Shown here: piece after piece, positions 26,283 through 32,000 of the stretch
Layout: the number at the start of each line of letters is the position of its first letter
Numbering within the stretch: the stretch's first letter is position 1
NCBI GenBank assembly: GCA_016933055.1
Contig: JAFGBS010000009.1
Coordinates: forward strand, 480,001 to 512,000
Origin: Promethearchaeota archaeon
GTDB lineage: Archaea > Asgardarchaeota > Lokiarchaeia > Sigyniarchaeales > Promethearchaeaceae
Length of the DNA: 32,000 nucleotides
Direction: 5' to 3'
The notes under the pieces: generated by a model
The model's database searches: none
The model's input: only the letters and a program-made list of their open reading frames with translations
Told to the model about the DNA's origin: nothing
Program-made: the position numbers and the translations under genes

Positions 26283-27098
26283 TTATTTTTGGATATTCAA
26301 GTCAATTTCACTCGGTGTTACTTTATGCAATTTTTTATACGCTTTTAATGTTGGATTATAATAAAGATAATATTTAATTCGATTTCTTAGTGTTTCTTTT
26401 CCAAATTTCGAGGGATATATGGGGAAATTATGACGATCATAAAATTGAGTCCTATAACCTACTTTCCAGCGTCTGAATCTTATAAAATTGATTCCCAGAA
26501 CAAAAATCAAGTAGAAGATTTTGATTATTTTCACCATAAAGGGGGATAATTGGCTTCGATGCTCAGATAATCCTGCTATTATTGTGAAAATCATATCTTT
26601 CTGAATATTGATATATCGGTTTTTTGCAGAAGAATAATAATAAAAGAGTTGGATGGGAATTGGTTGATTAGAAGATAATTTTTTTATTGAGAAAAAGATC
26701 AATCGTCCAGTGTTGATATGATCGGAATGAAAATCTTGAGAATACCAAAAATCTGGGGCAAAGATGATAGAAGGATTATAGTGTTGGATAATATCGGAAA
26801 TTTGATTTAATAATTTATTATTGAAGGGTAGATACCCGTCAAGATAATTCAATCTCACTAACTCCACATGGTTGTTTGTTGCTTTTTCAAATATCTTGTT
26901 AGAATTCTCCAGCTCTCTCTCACGAATTTTCGCCAATCTTCTTCCTTTAAAATTTAGATCGACAGTCCCAAAAGCCCCGTCGGTCATCAAAATTTCGATC
27001 ACCCGATATCCGCTTTTCAAGAGAGAGAGATATAAAAATGGAGTGCCAATTTCTATATCATCCGGATGGGGGCTAAAAAAAATAGCAGTTCTTTGCAT
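26283..27098 (-). CDS. PIG-L/LmbE family deacetylase
   Basis: SPHPDD metal motif, TDGA.G, REREL, DG.L and DFHSDH. Confidence 0.9.
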   Translation of the reverse strand: MQRTAIFFSPHPDDIEIGTPFLYLSLLKSGYRVIEILMTDGAFGTVDLNFKGRRLAKIRERELENSNKIFEKATNNHVELVRLNYLDGYLPFNNKLLNQISDIIQHYNPSIIFAPDFWYSQDFHSDHINTGRLIFFSIKKLSSNQPIPIQLFYYYSSAKNRYINIQKDMIFTIIAGLSEHRSQLSPFMVKIIKIFYLIFVLGINFIRFRRWKVGYRTQFYDRHNFPIYPSKFGKETLRNRIKYYLYYNPTLKAYKKLHKVTPSEIDLNIQK

Positions 27099-27149
27099 AG
27101 AGAGTATAGTCTATCTAAAACAACATAAATAAGTAATCATTCAATTATG

Positions 27150-27230
27150 AAAGAAAAAAAGAAAGCTTGAGGTTATCATCCCCAAGCTATGTGGGGCGCG
27201 GTGATCCTATGAGTTTCGCCTAACTCAACC
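27150..27230 (-). ncRNA. Candidate small structured RNA or attenuator (hairpin plus U-tract)
   Basis: About 52% GC (35/67 nt by hand count) in very AT-rich DNA. Minus-strand hairpins GAGTT/AACTC and AGCTTGGGG/CCTCAAGCT, then TTCTTTTTTTCTTT. No family recognised. Confidence 0.35.
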
Positions 27231-27716
27231 AAATCCACTTAATATTAAATTATCTCAGACCCAAACCGTTTATAATATTAAGTTTTGATAAAAATTACTC
27301 GATATATGAAGCCTTTTAGTCTGTAATAGACCGTAGTTTTGAGTGCCCTGTCCTCAATGAACACTGATTAGTATCATGGATTAAATTTTGAGGCAAAAAA
27401 TTAGAATTTAGAATTAGTTTAAAGGGTGGATAAAATAATTACATGAATTATCCAGATGAGATTCGGTGAAGACCTATTTAAATTCATCTATTTTTCCATA
27501 AAAGATAATAATAGAAAATATATTTCATATTTGTTATGATGATCCCTTTAATAGAAACTAATTTCTTGAATAAACGAATTGCCCGTTTTATTAAATAATA
27601 TTATCACTACTTATCCAAAAAAGTTCTAAAAAAAATATTAGTGATAGAAGTTACTTCCATAATAACAATCAAATAACTAAAATAATGGTAAAATTTAGTT
27701 AAATTCTATAATCAAC

Positions 27717-28940
27717 TTATCTCCTGATCCTTAATTGAGTATATCTTTTATCAATACTCAATGGTCCATTCTGATGAAAAAAGCGAACGTTCTTATATTG
27801 GTAATTATCCCAAATATGCGAATCAAATAAATTAGGATAATTTTTCATTGGTGTACACGTATATTCATTTTTAGAAATTGATATGATAGAAGGAATTATC
27901 CTAAATTGAGGGATATGGAAATATTGAATAATTTTTTGCAGTGAATGTAAAAATTCAGATAAATAACAATGATGAAATCTCAAATCTACATACAATCCTT
28001 CATAACTTTTTCCATTGATTAAATAATCTACCTCATAGGTTATACTAAACGGTAAGGTCATAAAAAGAGAAATAAATATACTCTTTTGTTTTGCATCCAT
28101 AGGATATAAGAGAATAATAATACGATGGGGAAATGGGTGTATTTTATCAAGTTTGGGCAAAAACCATATCATATTTTTTCGATGTAGTCGTACAATTTTG
28201 GTGAAAACTGGGAGGTTTTTGAATTTTTTAATATTTTGGTCATAAATTGACTTTATTAAGTTATAATCATAAGATGTAGGGGGAATTGTTTTTTGATTTT
28301 TCTGGTAATGTAATGATATTGGTTGATCTTCAATTTCTGGCAAATTTCCTGTGATCAAATTATTCGCAATTAAATCCCACGTTCCAAATTTTGTTGTATT
28401 ATCCCATAACAAAGAAGCATTAAACCAAACATGTTTCGTTTTAACACGTAAGATGATTAAATCAGATAGGTAATTCCATCTTAGTAGTGAATGAAATACA
28501 TTATATGGAGGTGAGTGAAAGGGGAATATAAAGTGCAAAAAATTAGTTTGGAAAAATCCTGTATTTGTAGTTGTATAAATTTCCTTTAGTCCAGGTACAC
28601 ATAAAAATTCCCTTGTGGATATCGGCTGAGATTGGGATTTGTGGTAAAAAACTTCTTTTCTGATTTTCAATAAGATAATATATTCCTCTAAACCGAAATT
28701 GGGCCAATTTAATTCTATTCCTACATCGTTTATCTCATATTTTGATTCCAAGAATTTCTTTGTATCTTTCTGCTGTACAGAATGAAATACTTCTGTTATT
28801 TTGAGTAATCCTACTGTATTAGTGAGGTAATCGTTTTCTTCTTGGTTTAGGATTTGTCGGATCTTAGTATCAGATAACGCTTTCAGATTTATCTTCTCAT
28901 CTAAATTATAATATTCAGATAAAATTTCCCTATTAATCAT
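27717..28940 (-). CDS. Hypothetical protein, possibly a divergent duplicated Lrp/AsnC-like regulator
   Basis: 407-aa ORF; LNWPNFGLEEYIILL resembles the Lrp linker p....lGL plus beta-strand; PTSYDYNLIKSI resembles the start of a second HTH. Confidence 0.5.
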   Translation of the reverse strand: MINREILSEYYNLDEKINLKALSDTKIRQILNQEENDYLTNTVGLLKITEVFHSVQQKDTKKFLESKYEINDVGIELNWPNFGLEEYIILLKIRKEVFYHKSQSQPISTREFLCVPGLKEIYTTTNTGFFQTNFLHFIFPFHSPPYNVFHSLLRWNYLSDLIILRVKTKHVWFNASLLWDNTTKFGTWDLIANNLITGNLPEIEDQPISLHYQKNQKTIPPTSYDYNLIKSIYDQNIKKFKNLPVFTKIVRLHRKNMIWFLPKLDKIHPFPHRIIILLYPMDAKQKSIFISLFMTLPFSITYEVDYLINGKSYEGLYVDLRFHHCYLSEFLHSLQKIIQYFHIPQFRIIPSIISISKNEYTCTPMKNYPNLFDSHIWDNYQYKNVRFFHQNGPLSIDKRYTQLRIRR

Positions 28941-29063
28941 TGTATTTGAGCTAGTAGTTAAGTGGGTTGCACAAAAATCCAGTATGGATCTTAATTTGGG
29001 TTTTAAGGAGGAAAGCTTTAGTGTCCCAAAATCATAGAAAAGATCGAAATAACTGAATAAATT

Positions 29064-31172
29064 CTATGGTGCTTCTATAAAGGAAATTAAAGGTAATTTA
29101 GATTTGCATGCAGTCTCCCATTGATATTTCTTTAATTGAGGTATAACTCTTCCATATTCGAGATTCCATCCTTTTGGTATATTATTGTAAATTTTCCGCA
29201 ATTCACCTTGAAATATTTTAAAAAGTGAACTACGATAAGTTGATCGATGATGCGAGGGAAAAAAATAGTAATCAAAATAATCGTTCATACTGAGATTGAC
29301 GGAATTTGATAGATCAGGTACTACCATATTTTTTGCGATGTAGATATTTAACCTCGTCTCGAATTCCTTCAGTATGGCGGCATCTGGTAGTTGGTGAAAC
29401 TGAAGAAGGAATTTTTTATTTTGATCGATTACTTTTGCTTCGTACTTCTGTGGGTTATACTTCACATCAATGTAAAATAAGATAGTATTAATGTTTTTAA
29501 CAATCTCGGCAATTTTCTCAGAACTTCCAGTTTGATTAAGAATTTGGTCTATTAGGGATATTACAGGATATTTTAGCTGTTGATCTGGAATATATTTGTT
29601 TTTAACACATGAATCCATAAAGTATTGTAGATTGTTTATCTCATTAGTCAGTTTTACAAATAATTTTGAATTTTTCTTTCTTATTGAATTAAATTCGTTA
29701 ATACTTTCGGATTTTTGGTAATTTTGTAAATGTGTCAATATGGTTTGCCATTTCTTGAAGAAAAATGTCTCTTCCATAAGGGATAAATAAACATTATCAA
29801 CACAATCTTTCAATGTCATTATCCTATCTGTAATAAGACACTTTGGTAATATCTGAACAATTGTCCTTGAGCATTTGGACAGATTTTCTTGATATTCACT
29901 TAGATTCTTTTGGAAATTATCCAAGTCTGAAATCAACTTCCTGACTTGATTCTTGATGATTTTAACGTAAGAATGATTGATACTTTCCAAAGGAAAGCCC
30001 ATAAATCCTCCCAATCTTAACAAATAAAGGAAAATACTATCGAGTGCATCTATCTTGTGAAAAGTTTCAGAGGAGGTTTCCCATAGTACTTTTTTATACT
30101 CAAATGTAGATAGTGATGGATTAAAATGATTATTTACGATTTGTTCAGCATATTTCTTTCCAACAATTAGAAAATAATCTAAAATAGTGCCCATTTCCTT
30201 TAATGTATTAAAAAAACGATTCATATAGCTTATATCGCGATGAGGAACAATCATTACTCCATAAAAAACTGGGCAGGATTGAGATAGATTTTCGAACAAA
30301 TATAAGGAGGCACCAATTGATTGGAGTACATATTTCAGTAAATGACAATTAATTTTTGGAGGAACTTGGATGAGATAAAATACATAATTTAATCCCAGTG
30401 TATCGATATGAGCTGCATAAATGAAACTCACCCCTTGATTTGCAAATTTCTTCCAAAGCTGTTTTAGATGGGTGAAATTTGTTTGCCATGGATTATTTTT
30501 AAGTCCTGGAATGGATATTGATGGAATTTTTTGGAGGTATGTTTCGAATTCTTGTATGGAGTATGGAAGCTTATTTTTATCAAAAAACTGGGACATCACA
30601 ATCAATAGCGATAACTCCTCGAGTGTATATTTCCAGTTATTTGTAATCCAAAAATCATCAATAAGATTGTCTAGAAATACATAATCATCATGGACAATAA
30701 AATTACTCGTTTGATTTAGACGTTTTATGTAATTATTATAATAAAAGTCTACATTTTCATCGGGCAGTAATAAAGGAATAGCATTTAACATTGCATTCGC
30801 TAAATCCGAATGAGCTTTGATTTTTTTTTCAATAATGGGACGAGTTAATTCAAAGTATCTGGATAATGAGGATTTAGTTCGAATTGATAATGGCGAGTTT
30901 CCTTTTAAGAGTTTTTTGTAGTTATATAAGAGTATAAGACCATTATCACGCAGTGGTTTAGGAATAAAGGATAAAAGCACATGTTTTGCAATAATACCTT
31001 TTCCTATTTCATTAAATCCGTTCTCTTGAGCATATTTTAACTCGTTTAGTATATCCGAATGAGGAACTAGGGTTCTGATAGGTCGAACTATTCCCAAGTC
31101 CTCCTGGAAAAATTTTAAGTAGGTTTCATATGTTTTAACATAATAATAATCCAGTGTATCTGACGCAACCAC
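29064..31172 (-). CDS. Large hypothetical protein with Lrp/AsnC-like repeats and helical insertion
   Basis: 702-aa ORF; AHIDTLGLNYVFYLIQVP linker, FYGVMIVP, IDALDSIFLYLL, followed by a long heptad-like helical region. Confidence 0.5.
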   Translation of the reverse strand: MVASDTLDYYYVKTYETYLKFFQEDLGIVRPIRTLVPHSDILNELKYAQENGFNEIGKGIIAKHVLLSFIPKPLRDNGLILLYNYKKLLKGNSPLSIRTKSSLSRYFELTRPIIEKKIKAHSDLANAMLNAIPLLLPDENVDFYYNNYIKRLNQTSNFIVHDDYVFLDNLIDDFWITNNWKYTLEELSLLIVMSQFFDKNKLPYSIQEFETYLQKIPSISIPGLKNNPWQTNFTHLKQLWKKFANQGVSFIYAAHIDTLGLNYVFYLIQVPPKINCHLLKYVLQSIGASLYLFENLSQSCPVFYGVMIVPHRDISYMNRFFNTLKEMGTILDYFLIVGKKYAEQIVNNHFNPSLSTFEYKKVLWETSSETFHKIDALDSIFLYLLRLGGFMGFPLESINHSYVKIIKNQVRKLISDLDNFQKNLSEYQENLSKCSRTIVQILPKCLITDRIMTLKDCVDNVYLSLMEETFFFKKWQTILTHLQNYQKSESINEFNSIRKKNSKLFVKLTNEINNLQYFMDSCVKNKYIPDQQLKYPVISLIDQILNQTGSSEKIAEIVKNINTILFYIDVKYNPQKYEAKVIDQNKKFLLQFHQLPDAAILKEFETRLNIYIAKNMVVPDLSNSVNLSMNDYFDYYFFPSHHRSTYRSSLFKIFQGELRKIYNNIPKGWNLEYGRVIPQLKKYQWETACKSKLPLISFIEAP

Positions 31173-31577
31173 AATTCGAAATTAGTAATATTCCCATTTA
31201 TACATTTATTAAAATTAAATGGATGTGAATTTTAGTAATACTATTGCGGAGAATTTCAAAAATCATATCCAAGGTTTTAATCCTAATAAATATCAAAAAA
31301 ACTTAGAATTAAAGGACTTTCGTGATAGAATATAAAAATAAAGAGATTTTTTAAAATTAGATATAATAATACGCACAATAACAGATTTGTCACCAATTCG
31401 GGACTAGTTTCCCAAATTAAGCTTGTAGCAATTTATGTTAATTATCCGAAAATTTTTCAAGTTAGAAATTATCTATAACACAAATCTGATAATTATTGGA
31501 ACCCGATCAACTTAGATTCGTTTTCCGATTCTATGTCTTATGAAAATTCACATAGGGAAAATGTGAGGTGATTTCAG

Positions 31578-32000
31578 TTGAGTAAAAAAGAACACATTGC
31601 CTTTAAATGCTCCGAGTGCTCAGAATTATTTCCAAAAGAGTTAGTAGACGAGATTATGAAAGGTAAAACTGTTTTGTGCGAAAAATGTGGATTCCCTTTT
31701 AAATCTGAGTTCACTAAAAAGGATTATAAACAAATGGGTTCTCCTCCTATCCAAGCTCCAATTCTTAAACGAACTCAACAACTTGCGTATAGTGGACCAA
31801 AACAATCTCAAAATTCCAAAAAATATCGATATGAGCCTACTCTTAAGAAAAATGAGAAAAAATTTAAACATGGAGTCAAAATTCATTCTTCAGGGTTAAA
31901 GGAGAAAATTCCGGTTGAAGATCTTGAGAATCTCAAAAAATCGATTCGTATAATGAATGATATCAACGGTTCTCCATTGATTATAATCATAGGTATATTG
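31578..32000 (+). CDS. N-terminal zinc-ribbon protein, probably membrane-anchored; runs off the window end
   Basis: GAGGTGA SD then TTG 31578; frame open to 32000: MSKKEHIAFKCSECSELF...VLCEKCGFPF...SPLIIIIGIL. Missing from the ORF track because it has no stop. Confidence 0.8.
   Translation, partial: MSKKEHIAFKCSECSELFPKELVDEIMKGKTVLCEKCGFPFKSEFTKKDYKQMGSPPIQAPILKRTQQLAYSGPKQSQNSKKYRYEPTLKKNEKKFKHGVKIHSSGLKEKIPVEDLENLKKSIRIMNDINGSPLIIIIGIL

Noticed and set aside
27160-27270. Fluoride riboswitch, TPP riboswitch, SECIS or K-turn identity for the structured island
   Set aside because: Only fragments match (GGTGA..TTCGCC; CTGAGA; ATGA). The required downstream motifs and tandem G-A pairs are absent, and no selenoprotein is evident upstream.
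1599-31899. About 25 short track ORFs (60-105 aa) antisense to or overlapping long genes, e.g. 1599-1793, 6923-7204, 17063-17353, 19676-20122, 23274-23591, 31641-31886, 31687-31899
   Set aside because: They lie opposite or out of frame within well-supported genes and show no motifs, so they are shadow ORFs.
1-32000. CRISPR array, rRNA, transposase/integrase, or a defence island around the methyltransferase and CPBP/Abi gene
   Set aside because: No regularly spaced repeats, rRNA signatures, recombinase motifs or nuclease genes were seen, and the neighbours are housekeeping genes.

Overview
AT-rich archaeal chromosomal window. Archaeal information-processing genes (rpo7/spt4, rpo10, rpl7ae, rps28e, rpl24e, rps6e, aIF5B) occur together with a Roadblock/LC7 protein, AN1 and other zinc-finger proteins and fatty-acyl-CoA enzymes; this points to an Asgard archaeon, probably Lokiarchaeia (inference, no search run). 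Left to right: thiolase end, CoA-transferase, acyl-CoA ligase, dephospho-CoA kinase, spt4, rpo7; Roadblock; Asp-box propeller; membrane zinc-ribbon protein; tRNA-His; a shuffled translation cluster; an alpha/beta hydrolase; an orphan amino-DNA methyltransferase; a CPBP protease; a DNA-repair locus (RHH, uvrB, unknown protein, uvrA, double Zn finger); a lipid kinase with a HAD phosphatase; a Cys-elbow hydrolase; an intron-containing tRNA-Phe; VIT1; a PIG-L deacetylase; and two large divergent Lrp/AsnC-like proteins. The best candidate for an undescribed system is the gene between uvrB and uvrA. It appears to fuse an AN1 zinc finger, TPRs, a catalytically dead E2/UEV-like module and an intact JAMM isopeptidase, suggesting ubiquitin-type signalling tied to bacterial-type excision repair. 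Other highlights are a tRNA-His with eukaryote-like identity (A73, no encoded G-1), a D-loop intron with a bulge-helix-bulge motif in tRNA-Phe, two probable ATA start codons and a GC-rich structured intergenic element. No CRISPR array, rRNA or transposase was seen.
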